A stretch of 64,000 bases of DNA from Lingula anatina (Eukaryota; Animalia; Brachiopoda). Below are positions 25,737-39,337 of this stretch, in pieces (positions within the stretch are counted from its first letter, which is position 1; every line of letters starts with the position of its first letter). The notes beneath the pieces were generated by a model. The model saw nothing but the letters and a program-made list of their open reading frames with translations, was not told where the DNA came from and did no database searches. Made by a program: the position numbers and the translations under genes. The DNA lies in the NCBI GenBank assembly GCA_051362555.1, contig CM120642.1:23250001-23314000 (forward strand). Reading direction: 5' to 3'.

Positions 25737-28700
25737 AAAATTCGCAATTAATTACGCACTGCAGATTTCGGTTTGTCAACGATGACCGAATCGCCTACTA
25801 GTTTGCTGTTGTTCAGCACTACGTTACATGAACTTTGCAATTTGTCATCCAACTTAATATGTGTTCTCACACATGATGTTGTGGCAGAAGTAACAAAAGA
25901 CTGCGCCTTTCATGTCGAACCACAAATTAAAAGGTGATTAAAAAGTGCACCTTTTTTAATTTAGTGCACTGAACTTTTGAGATAATTGAAACTTATTGCA
26001 TAAATATCATTGATTTTCTCCTGTCTACTTCTTGGTGGAATGTTGGTGTTTGATAATGTAGGGATTAAGAACAAACACGTGATATAATCGAAACGTAGAT
26101 CTGACAGTATCTTTACTAAGTTTCAAACAGGTTAAAAAGTTATGATGTTTGTGTTTGCCTATGAAAGCACCCACTGTTGGTACAAAAAGTTACATGAATG
26201 GAATGAATTAATAAAGCATACAGTCAGAACAAATCATTTTACTCTCTCTTTTTTGCTTTAATCCGCGATAGTTGAGCAATATTTACATAATTTAACACCG
26301 AGATACTTTAGAAATATGTGCATTAGTTCCTTTATGAGGAAAGAGAGGGGACTTCCATGTCTGAAAAATAATCAATGATATAAATAATGATTATGACAAG
26401 TGAAAATACTGTTTTAAGAACTTCCGTGATTATCAGAATTGAAACACTTTCCTTCAGAATCGATTCAAATTTATATTGCTTCAGATGTAGGGTTGTAGGA
26501 CCGATTAATCGAGGATCGCTAAACTTTGCAGTCTGTACCGTTTAATTTTTATCATAATTTATAAAGAATTGAAATATGCAGACATCAAGATGATAATACA
26601 CAATAATGTGTTCACCCTCACATTAAATGTGCTACGTAATAAATGCACATGTATGCCATTCTAAATCGCTGTGATATGAACTAAATTTCATCATATCTTT
26701 TATCACTGTTTGAGATTTAATGTGGGTACTGATAATATTGTTACTTTTAAACCAAAAAGGCACTTATTAATCCTTTGGAAACGAAACATGCTGATTTGAC
26801 ATGTACATGCCAGGCCCTTTCCAGTGGTATACTTTAGGAATGCAGCCTGTACCGATACACTTTAATGGGCCATTGCGCTCGACACTCAAACCTAGCAGAA
26901 AGGAACTCGGATTTATATGTTAAGATAATTAAATTTATGTATAAACATCACCTCCGGCCAGTTTATTACTCAAGGATATCTAAATTGCATATAAGAGAAT
27001 AATGCAGTATTTTTCTTGATTTTGAGCTGTGTACACATTTCCCATTATCCATGAAAAGCAAAGCCCCTTTATGCTAAAAAAACTTTGCAAGATTTGATCG
27101 AAGGGCGCTGTTTATAAATCACTTCATTGTAAAAAAAAAAAGAAAACTTCATATTACTGACGTGGATCACGTTTCAACGCCCAAGTCATAAAATTGTTAA
27201 ATAGCGCTGATAACTGCACTTTCCCCTAAGTAGGTCAATTGCCTGTATAATAAGGGAAAAATCACCTACGATTATCGATTTTGTGTCTGGACGGTTTGGG
27301 GGGGGGGGGGGGCGCAGAAAAGAAAATTACAAGATGCCAGCAAAATATTTGGGACTCTTGGAACTACTGAAAAGCAGAGTATATTGAAAGCTTTTAAATG
27401 GCGAAAAGCTTTCAACTGCTCCAGTTTTGCACCTTTAAACTATGCAGGCATCTTGGAAATATCTATATTTCGCCTGGCTGTTGCAGACCGCGTTAACTGT
27501 TTTGATGTAGAGAAATGCGGGTTATGAACCAGCAAACTAGTGTTAAAGGAACAATGGACAGGGTTGACGGATGAAGGGGGGAGGGGTTTACTCCCATCAC
27601 TTTTCCAGTCACGTCAGTCTTTAGATCTGTATGCGTGGTGGTGGTGGTGGTGGTGGTGCCGGGGACGCCCATTATGCCGCCTGAATATATACATATGGGA
27701 ATAAGTCATGGAATTTAATATTCTAACAGTTGAAATAAATTTAAAACACCACGAGAAAAAGGATTTTATTGAACTTTCCCTTGAATAAATTCTTTAAATG
27801 CTATTATATTTATGTATTATACGGTAATTACAGCAAATCAAATGAAAAAAAAGCTCCAGCAAAACTAGGTAAATGTCCAGTCTTCAAGAAGAAATTCTCC
27901 ACCCAACCCAAACCCCATTCTTTGCCCCTTTCTATAAGTTTTTCTGTCATCCAAAACAAAGAGATACATTTGTAATGTTTATTTCTTTGTTAAAATAGAC
28001 AGTATTCAAGAGAGCACACTGTCCTACAGTCAAAACGATATCGACGTACCAGCAAGGAAGGCAGATGTTGTAAATCACTGGCCAGTCATTAAGAACAAAA
28101 TTATGATATCAAAGATTGGATAAAATATCGATTCCTTATACAGGGAGCAATCATTCGTATAGATTATCTTTGAATAACACAAATTTAAAGATTATTTATT
28201 ATTCAACACTTGCGTTATAGTAACATCATTATCGTATCTGTCAGTAGTAAAAAGATCTTTAAAGCAACGCAAATTGTTAAAACAGTGCAACACCGGCAAT
28301 ACTACAATATCAGCTGATGTCGCTGACACGTTTTTTGGGCGGAAGCTGGCGATAGGAAAGGAGAATATCCTTCTCTGACTTTTACTTCTTTAAAGCATGT
28401 CTCGCGACGGGATCCACAAGGTCATCGTTCATGTGTACCAAAGTCTAGAGAAAAAATGGCCGAAAATAAGTCTGACACCAATTAGTCATTTTCTTCACGA
28501 AAAAATCTATAAACAAAGTCATAAAAATTGGACACAAGTAGGACTCAAACACAAAATTTACACTTCATAAACACCATACCTTATATTTTTCTTAATTATG
28601 GGTCTCGCTGTCCACGACACCACCATGTCGCTGTGCCAACAACTCACATTTTTGTCTTATATATTCGTCAACACCAAATACTGTATATACAATGAATTTA

Positions 28701-29549
28701 ATGTTTATCTTCTATTGGACAGTAGGACCCTCGGTTTCAGATTAAGTGAATTATACAGTAGTGTCTGAATTTGGGGGGGGGGGGGGGGGATTCTGTGTTT
28801 CGTGTAAGCTGTCATGAAATGTAGGGTCCGGAAGTCCATGCACGTATCAATTTACTGGTTTCTGAAATAACGGGTCCTGGACTCCGACATGGGGAACCTT
28901 GATACATGATTTGAACTCTGAAAGCTTCACGTTGTGCACGGGTCGGATGAGAGCATTTCATGATCATTATTCGTGCACTTAAGATTTAGTTTATATTAAG
29001 CCATCTACTCACTGCCAATTAAATCGTTTTGCTAAATTTATCTAATTTTCAATTTTATTACTGACCATTATCAACTGAGGGTCCCTCTCCGTTAGTCGAC
29101 ACCAGCCACCATCATCGGTATAACAAATAATTAATTGTTATCAAGTACACCACTGCATACTGTGGCGGATTTGGGGGGGGGGGGGTCCTGTTCGCCCCCT
29201 TAAATGCCAAAAAATTTTCGGGGCCCTTCAGCAGGCCCCGAACCCCACGCCAAGTGCGGGGGGGAAGGGGGAGTCGGCTTCGCATCCGCGCCCACCCCCC
29301 TTCAAATAATATGCTAATTATAAGTCTCAAATTTAAGGAGACTTATCCCTGCTTGTTTCTTGTAATACACTTAATTTTGTTTTCTTCTAGTAGTTAGAGA
29401 GTCTTCAATTGTAAAATATTTCTCTGCTCAATAAAATTATAATTATAATTATTATTGTTATTATTATTATTATTGTGCACCAACAAAGCGTCACTAAAAG
29501 TTCGGAAATATTTCTTCATAATGACTCTCATTCAGTGAGGCTTGTACAT

Positions 29550-32500
29550 GTAAATGGAGATGGACCGGACGAAGCATCCCTACTGTATCATGTCCATAAA
29601 CATACCACTCGTTGGGCAATTCTAAATATCAAACGTGTTGCCTTGCTTTATCAAATGTGAATGCGTACCATTGAATAAAATTGAACAACTTAATTTCACA
29701 CATACATGTTACATATGCGAGGGTTACATCAGCCCGAAAATCTTTACAAAAACGCATTACCGTGTTGCGTAGTTAGCCTTAAAAACCTCGAAATATTTTG
29801 CCATGAAACTGTCAATCAGTCACGCATTTCGCACAGAAATACAGAAAAGATGAGCCGTGTAATAATCATCACTGTATCAGATAGGGGTCAAGATACATAA
29901 GTTATTGTTTCATGTCCTGTCAATAAGTCATCCACTCAATCGATGTAATACGACGATTTTGTTTGTTGATCCTCACAGAAAATTTTACAGAGAAACCCAA
30001 CGTGTCTGGAAACAAAGTTTAGAAGAATGTCAAAGAAGGTCAAACAGGCCCGAGTTAATCATACTTTCAGGGTTTTAAAACAAGTTAGTCATTATATAAT
30101 ATAATTACTTAGTTAGACCTCTATTGCCATTTTGGTAAATGGAGATGGGCCAGACGAAACATCCCTAGTATATCATGTTCATGAACATATCACTCGTTGG
30201 GCAATTCAAAACATCAAACGCGTTACCTTGTTTTATCAAATGTGAATGCACACCATTAAACGAGATTGGGCCTTGTGAATTTCACACATACATTTTACAT
30301 ATACGAGGGTTACATCAGCGCGAAAATCTTTTTAAAAAACGCGTTACCGTGTTGTGTAGTTAGCCTAAAAAAAAAAAAACCCTTACGAATTTGCAATGCC
30401 CTGTCAATCAGTCACGCATTTCGCATAGAAATACAGAAAAGACGAGCTTTGGATTAAGTTTCACTATATCAGTTAGGTGTCAAGATGTACAAGCTATTGT
30501 TTCATGTCCTGTCAATAAGTCATCCATTCAATCGATGTAATACGACGATTTTGTTTGTCGATCCTTCACAGAAAATTTTACAGAGAAACTCAACGTGTCT
30601 GGAAACAAAGTTTAGAAGAATGTCAAAGGAGGTCAAACAGGCCCGAGTTAATCATACTTTCAGGGTTTTAAAACAAGTAAGTCATTATATAATATAATTA
30701 CTTAGTTAGACCTCTATTGCCATTTTTGATAAATGGAGATGGGCCAGACGAAACATCCCTACTATATCATGTTTATGAACATATCACTCGTTGGGCAATT
30801 CAAAACATCAAACGCGTTACCTTGTTTTATCAAATCTGAATGCACACCATTAAACGAGATTGGGCCTTGTGAATTTCACACATACATTTTACATATACGA
30901 AGGTTACATCAGCGCGAAAATCTTCTTTTAAAACAACGCATTACCGTGTTGTGTAGTTAGCCTCCAAAAAACCCTTACGAATTTGCAATGCCCTGTCAAT
31001 CAGTCACGCATTTCGCATAGAAATACAGAAAAGACGAGCTTTGGATTAAGTTTCACTATATCAGTTAGGTGTCAAGATATACAAGCTATTGTTTCATGTC
31101 CTGTCAATAAGTCATCCATTCAATCGATGTAATACGACGATTTTGTTTGTCGATCCTTCACAGAAAATTTTACAGAGAAACTCAACGTGTCTGGAAACAA
31201 AGTTTAGAAGAATGTCAAAGGAGGTCAAACAGGCCCGAGTTAATCATACTTTCAGGGTTTTAAAACAAGTAAGTCATTATATAATATAATTACTTAGTTA
31301 GACCTCTATTGCCATTTTTGGTAAATGGAGATGGGCCAGACGAAACATCCCTACTATATCATGTTTATGAACATATCACTCGTTGGGCAATTCAAAACAT
31401 CAAACGCGTTACCTTGTTTTATAAAATCTGAATGCACACCATTAAACGAGATTGGGCCTTGTGAATTTCACACATACATTTTACATATACGAAGGTTACA
31501 TCAGCGCGAAAATCTTCTTTTAAAACAACGCATTACCGTGTTGTGTAGTTAGCCTCCAAAAAACCCTTACGAATTTGCAATGCCCTGTCAATCAGTCACG
31601 CATTTCGCATAGAAATACAGAAAAGACGAGCTTTGGATTAAGTTTCACTATATCAGTTAGGTGTCAAGATATACAAGCTATTGTTTCATGTCCTGTCAAT
31701 AAGTCATCCATTCAATCGATGTAATACGATTTTATTTGTCGATCCTTCACAGAAAATTTTAGAGAAAAACTCAACGTGTCTGGAAACAAAGTTTAGAAGA
31801 ATGTCAAAGAAGGTCAAACAGGCCCGAGTTAATCATACTTTCAGGGTTTTAAAACAAGTAAGTCGTTATATAATATAATTACTTAGTTAGACCTCTATTG
31901 CCATTTTGGTAAATGGAGATGGGCCAGACGAAACATCCCTAGTATATCATGTTCATGAACATACCACTCGTTGGGCGATTCAAAACATCAAACACGTTAC
32001 CTTGTTTTATCAAATGTGAATGCACACCATTAAACGAGATTGGGCCTTGTGAATTTCACACATACATTTTACATATACGAAGGTTACATCAGCTCGAAAA
32101 TCTTCTTTTAAAAAAACGCGTTACCGTGTTGTGTAGTTAGCCTCCAAAAAACCCTTACGAATTTGCAATGCCCTGTCAATCAGTCACGCATTTCGCATAG
32201 AAATACAGAAAAGACGAGCTTTGGATTAAGTTTCACTATATCAGTTAGGTGTCAAGATATACAAGCTATTGTTTCTTGTCCTGTCAATAAGTCATCCATT
32301 CAATCGATGTAATACAATTTTATTTGTCGATCCTTCACAGAATATTTTACAGAGAAACTCAACGTGTCTGGAAACAAAGTTTAGATGAATGTCAAAGGAG
32401 GTCAAACAGGCCCGAGTTTATCATGCTTTCAGGGTTTTAAAACAGGAAAGTCATGATATAATCCAATTACTTAGTTAGACCCAAACGACATTTTGATAAA

Positions 32501-33810
32501 TTGAGATGGGCCAGACGAAACATCCCTACTGTATAGTGTCCATGAACATATCACTCGTAGGACAATTCAAAACATCACATGAGTTACCTTTGTTTATCAA
32601 ATTTGAATACACACCTTTGAACAAGATTGAACAAGTCAATTTCAAACATACATTTAGCATGTACGAGGATTACGTCAGCGCGAAAGTCTTCTTTAAAAAA
32701 ACGCGTTACCGTGTTGTGTAGGTAGCCTAAAAAACCCACACGATCTTGCTATGCCCTGTCAATCAGTCACGCATTTCGCACAAAAATACAGAAAAGATGA
32801 GCCGTGGAATAATCATCACTATATCAGTTAGGGGTCAAGATACGTAAGTTATTGTTTCATGTCCTGTCAATAAGTCATCCACTCAATCGATGTAATACGA
32901 CGATTTTGTTTGTCGATCCTTCACAGAAAATTTTACAGAGAAACCCAACGTGTCTGGAAACAAAGTTTAGAAGAATGTCAAAGAAGGTCAAACAGTCCCG
33001 AGTTAATCATACTTTCAGGGTTTTAAAACAAGTAAGTCATTATATAATATAATTACTTAGTTAGACCTCTATTGCCATTTTGGTAAATGGAGATGGGCCA
33101 GACGAAACATCCCTACTATATCATGTTTATGAACATATCACTAGTCGGGCAATTCAAAACATCAAACGCGTTACCTTGTTTTATCAAATGTGAATGCACA
33201 CCATTAAACGAGATTGGGCCTAGTAAATTTCACACATACATTTTACATATATGAGGGTTACACCAGCGCGAAAATCTTTTTAAAAAAACGCGTTACCGTG
33301 TTGTGTAGTTAGCCTAAAAAAACCCTTACGAATTTGCAATGCCCTGTCAATCAGTCACGCATTTCGCATAGAAATACAGAAAAGACGAGCTTTGGATTAA
33401 GTTTCACTATATCAGTTAGGTGTCAAGATATACAAGCTATTGTTTCATGTCCTGTCAATAAGTCATCCATTCAATCGATGTAATACGATTTTATTTGTCG
33501 ATCCTTCACAGAAAATTTTACAGAGAAACCCAACGTGTCTGGAAACAAAGTTTAGATGAATGTCAAAGGAGGTCAAACAGGCCCGAGTTAATCATACCTT
33601 AAGGGTTTTAAAACAAGAAAGTCATGATATAATCCAATTACTTAGTTAGACCTCTAATCGCCATTTCAATAAATGTAGATGACCAGACGTCCATGAACAT
33701 ATCACTCGTTGGGCAACTCAAAACATCAAACGCGTTACCTTGTTTTATCAAATGTGCGTGCACTCCACTGAACGAAATTGAGCCTTGTTAATTTCACACA
33801 TACATTTTAT
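29550..33810 (+). repeat. ~590-bp satellite array upstream of paralog 3 (~7.3 monomers)
   Basis: Monomer starts (AAAT[G/T]GAGATGG) at ~29552, 30138, 30731, 31323, 31911, 32498, 33085, and partial at 33671. Confidence 0.95.
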
Positions 33811-34360
33811 GTTTCCTTTAGTAAAAACGTGACCTTTCAAGCTGTGCTTGTCACAACTGATATATCCAAGAAGGATCCCTAAAATTTGGAGGAGTAAGGC
33901 TTTTTTTTGCTTCTCCAAGCCAAAATGGTATTTCAGAGAGGTTGGAATAGAATGAATGGTGTAAACCCTTTACCTACTTTGGGCTGTACAGGGGTAGGAA
34001 AGCTACGGCAGTTATGTAAGAGTGCCTGGAATCTTCCCGATCCCGTACTTGGGTTCGTACTTGGTTCTGGTGATGGTAAGATATTACTTCTCGAAGTAAG
34101 TTTAAGAACCCGCCACAGTGGTGAACTGATCACATAGCACCTTCTTTACAAGGCAATAATTATGCTTATCAAGGGCACAGATCAGTCCAATCACAATGCA
34201 ACAAAGAGTCGGTCAGGTGAGTCCAAGGGTTACGATGAAATGGTTTTGTAATCAAACTGATGTTTCTATTGGAGACAAAAGCAAAGTCATTGTCTTATGA
34301 TGGACAGCACTAATAGGTTCTGATAAGAACAATGGGAGGAGCATTTCAGTTGCAAATAAC

Positions 34361-34368
34361 TATTTAAA
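34361..34368 (+). promoter_or_regulatory. TATA-like box of paralog 3
   Basis: TATTTAAA conserved across paralogs. Confidence 0.6.
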
Positions 34369-34484
34369 GCGCTATGGTATTTGTAAAACGCACTGCATTG
34401 AAAATTATTGGATTAAGTAAAACAAAGGTAAAGGAGCTTGGAGGCATCTTTATGCTTTTGAATATTTCCAAGTCGGTTGTCAAT

Positions 34485-36098
34485 ATGGATGATACAAAGA
34501 TCAGCAATGTTCTATTTGTTCTCGTCATCTCAATGATGGTTTGGCAAGGCACTGTTTTGGCAGCTGTTCCAGCGAACAAAACCGTCACGAACTTAACCTA
34601 CCCACATGAGGCTACTATGACTGTCCCTTATAAAACGCCATTGGATTCAAAACGAGAACAGGTTTCCACCAGCGCATATAACAGAAGAGTTGAAGAATAT
34701 ACTATAGCCACGACTCCACTGTTTACTGACCAAGATAAGTCAACTGGAGGGAAGGCTTTCCCTTGGAACGCAACAACTGCCCTCCTCACACTTCATGATG
34801 GCATTGCACAGAATGGGGATGAAACCACATCATCACCACTGGATACAAAAGAACCAACCATTTTGTCAAACCCTTGGAACGGAACATCGTTTAATATAAC
34901 TTCATCAAAAACCTTTTGTGCGACAGGGCCCTATGGATCTGACTTTATTCAGATATTTTGCTACTGCGACGGATTTTGCAACATTTTTGAGGACTGCTGT
35001 GAGCCATACCACCCTTGCGAACATGATGAACACCTAGCGTTTTCTTACGAAATAGATATTCGACGAAATGATGTTGACTGCATAATGCATTCTCTGGACT
35101 CCAGATCTTTGCCTGGTTCCAGCAACAATTTCTACTGGATGGTAATCTCTTGTCCAACCACATTGCTAAATGAAACAATACGAGACAGATGTGAAAATCG
35201 CAGTGCTACCGATGACATTGAGCGCCATCTTCCCGTTTCTGACCCCGCAACAAAACTGACATTTCGAAATAGGTACTGTGCAATGTGCCACAATTTTGAT
35301 AAATACGATAATTGGTCCCCTATCGTAACTTGCGACAAGTTTGTGACAAGTAGCGCAATGAATATCAATGGAATGATGCACACAGCCGATGTACTGAAGG
35401 TTGTTAGGGAGAACAGTGATTGCATACTTTATTTCGAGCCACCGGCAACTATTCCAGGAAGACGGTGTTTCCCACATGGGGAAGCCCATGGAAACAAGTG
35501 GCTTAATGAAAATGATTGTGACCAAAACGCTGACCCTACATATAGGGAACTTTGCTCTTCTGGTCCACAGTTGTTTACCAAATCAATTTCAGCAAGAGGA
35601 CAAGTGTTTTACTTGAGGAACGTATTTTGTTGGAAGTGCCTGTATAGCAGCGACGAAAGACTGAGGGTTGAGCCGTGTCCTTCAAATATGGGTTTGTTTT
35701 TCTGTCTAACCCTTGTCTGATAGTATATTTGCCTGTTTGAATGATGCCAAAAATATTTTTTCATAATAAAAATAATAATATATTCTCAACCGCTACTGGA
35801 AGTGACGAAATGTTTATTATGCCAAATGGGAAGCCAAGGACTCTCCTGTAAAGTTAAAATTGGTGAAAACCCCGAATATTATTTCAGAATAGATTACATG
35901 TGCCAGTGAAATGTTTAACTGACATCACAACCAATCACTGTATGTAATACACCGTTTTTGTATTACGATTTTATCGTTCTTTATTTGTAGGTGCTGTAAG
36001 GTCCTTTGATCCATCTGGTTTAGGTATGCTGATTAATCCATCATCAAATACAGAGTCCTGTAGACATAAGGCTAGTCAGGTCAGTTATCACAAGCATG

Positions 36099-36130
<32 letters not shown>

Positions 36131-38143
36131 GATAGTTTAGTACTTGGCGGGGATCATAGAACTTATAAAGAGGAGGTTATGTAGCATATATATTACAAGT
36201 AAGGTTGAAATCTCTAGCCCCATTTCTTCTGATGTTCAATTTCACTTAACACAAATTTCTGCACCTCCCTGTGTTGTGCTTACTTTATAAAAGTGGTTTA
36301 TATCTCCTCAGGAACAAGCAAAAATCTAGTGGGTTTAAAATGATTTCAGGGAAAGTATGGTTATCAAAGAAACGGTTTTCAAGTTATTAAGAGAGGGGTA
36401 AATGGCGTAAAATTTTGGTTGGCTGTTCTTAATGCCTTTGTAAATATTTCCTGTGATTGGTGAAACATTAGCGCTTACGCGAGCCTTTGTAATTTTGTCC
36501 TTCACCATTCACACTTTCTATGTTATCCCGATAATGTGTTTTAATTTTTCTTGATCCATTAAACTGTGCCCTTCATTAAGGCAAATTAGAGAGAACTTTT
36601 CTTGGTTTTTTCTTCATGCAAAAAAAATAAATAAATAAATAAAAAAAATAATAATAAATAAAAAATAGATGCTGAAAAGTGCCCCCTCAATTAGGCAAAT
36701 AATTGAAATAACTTTTTCTTGGTCTTATTTTTGAGTAGATATGCCAATAAACGGCCTTACAATTTGTTTTTTCAATGAAGACTTACATATTCTAGAAGTT
36801 ATTAACTTTTACTGTTAGCGAGTCTTATCGTATGTTTACATCGGCACTGATAACACACGACAGTAATTATATAGCCTGATAGTTCTGCAAAATGTAAATT
36901 CAAGGAATATACATCTGCACAGTAGTAGTAGAGATAATAGTAATGTAACTGAATTTCGTGAAAGTTTATAAGGAGACATAACGCATCATTGCATTGTTTG
37001 TTTATAGTACTGTCGATCGCTATATGACCCATGACGATTTGATATCTACCGTTACTTAAACCTGATTCGATTGTTTCAACTCTAAATTATGCATTTTTAT
37101 TGTTTAATTACATAAAACTTCAAATATGGTTTTGAAAAACTTTAAATATTTTGGTACCTTTGTTAAGTCATTTACTCGTTCTTATATAGTATGATTCAAA
37201 TCCTGTGAGATTTTTATTTACCATGTTTTCTAATTTCAGTAATATGGTGACTTAAATCAATATCTCTGTTATTCATAAGGATCATTATGACAATTAACTT
37301 AATGATATTTAATGTTTGACAGGACACCTATTTAAATTAAATTACAGATGGGTTCATTTAAGGGGTGAACAAGCATCGATAAATCATTGAATAAATAGCT
37401 ATTTCACTACGCCATTCCATGTTTAACTGTGAGAGTGCTTTCTCTAAAGTCCTTATCGGTTAATAACACTATATTTATAATTAGTAATGTGTATTATTCT
37501 GTTACAGGACATCTGTGCCGACGAAAGCGACCAATGCTCAACACCAATATTATCAATCTTCAATATGGATTTCCCTGTGGAACTGGCACTCAGTGCCGAT
37601 GGTCCTCTTAATATTTCGCAAGTTCGTGGAGTTTGTCGGTTTTTGAGAAGCGATATTTATGAGCGTTTCACAATTTCTCCTCCACCATCCCTCTCTGCCA
37701 TACTGAGTATGAGATGGAAGTTCTTGAATCCCCATTTCAGCCACTGTGCCGTACAATCAGCTAATGACACTGACGAAGAATGGCACAATTCTAGCGTTCT
37801 AGCAGTACTCACCAGTCAGGTGAGACTGAAGGAAGAGATCAAGAATTATCGAGAAGGCCTTAAAATGTTTGAATCTTTTCGAGATGAACTTGACATAGAG
37901 CTGCGTACGAATACCATGTTTATTTCGTTTGGCAGTGTTAATTATCAAATTACTGTTCTCCGCGATGTGATAAATCCTTGCGCCAATGTGGAGAAACCTC
38001 TTGAATCCAATGTTGAAACAACGACAAAAGATGCACATGGAAATTCCATGGTTTCTGGTGGTAATCATTTTTGTCATTGGGCATTTGCAATGTGTGCTTT
38101 TGGTGTCTTTGTGGGCATGGGCGCGTTTGCTCCAAGTGGCTGA
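34485..38143 (+). CDS. SMB-like Cys-rich cell-surface glycoprotein, paralog 3 (~643 aa; exons 34485-35691, 35991-36079, 37508-38143)
   Basis: Same exon structure and phases. CYCDGFCNIFEDCC. Exon 2 GAVRSFDPSGLGMLINPSSNTESCRHKASQ. Hydrophobic C-terminal tail after SGG. Confidence 0.87.
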
Positions 38144-39293
38144 AAATTTGCAATTAATTACGCATTGCAGATTTCGGCAGACGTGCGCTTTGTCAACGAT
38201 GACCGAATTGCCTACTAGTTTGCTGTTGTTCAGCACTACATTACATGAACTTTGCAATTTGTCATCCAACTTAATATGTGTTCCCACACATGATGTTGTG
38301 GCAGAAGTAACAAAAGACTGCGCCTTTGATGTCGAACCAAAAATTAAAAAGGTGATTAAAAAGTGCACCTTTTTTTAATTTAGTGCACTGAACTTTTGAG
38401 ATAATTGAAATTATTGCATAAATATCATTGATTTTCTCCTGTCTACTTCTTGGTGAAATGTTGGTGTTTGATAATGTAGGGATTAGGAACAACCACGTGA
38501 TATAATAGAACCGTAGATCTGACAGAATCTTTACTAAGTTTCAAACAAGTTAAAAAGTTATGATGTTTATTTTTGCCTATGAAAGCACCCACTGTTGGCA
38601 CAAAAAGTTACATGGATGGAATGAATTAATAAAGCATACAGTCAGAACAAATCATTTTATTCTGTCTTTTTTTGCTTTAATCTGCGATAGTTGAGCAATA
38701 TTTACATAATTTAATACCGAGATACTTTAGAAATATGTGCATTAGTTCCTTAATGAGGAAAGAGAGGGGACTTCCATGTCTGAAAAATAATCAATGATAT
38801 AAATAATGATTATGACAAGTAAGATCTTTTGAATATACTGTTTGAAGAGCTTCCGTGATTATCAGAATTGAAACACTTTCCTTCAGAATCGATTCAAATT
38901 TATATTGCTTCAGATGTAGGGTTGTAGGTCCGATTAATCGAGGATCGCTAAACTTTGCAGTCTGTACCGTTTAATTTTTATCATAATTTATAAAGAATTG
39001 AAATATGCAGACATCAAGATGCTAATACACAATAATGTGTTCACCCTCACATTAAATGTGCTACGTAATAAATGGACATGTATGCCATTCTAAATCGCTG
39101 TGATATGAACTAAATTTCATCAAACCTTTATCACTGTTTGAGACTTAATGTGGGTACGGATAGTATTGTTACTTTTAAACCAAAAAGGCACTTATTAATC
39201 CTTTGGAAACGAAACATGCGGATTCTACATGTACATGCCGGGCCCATTCCAGTGGCATACTTTAGGAGGGCGCTGTTCATAAAACCATTCATT

Positions 39294-39337
<44 letters not shown>

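Noticed and set aside
29550-33810. CRISPR-like or rDNA/5S-like array
   Set aside because: There are no short repeats with unique spacers, the monomers are homologous along their full length, and I recognise no 5S, tRNA or snRNA sequence. The context is eukaryotic.
34028-34038. kappaB-like site GGAATCTTCCC upstream of paralogs 3/4
   Set aside because: Single imperfect match, not seen at the equivalent position in paralogs 1/2, and likely by chance.
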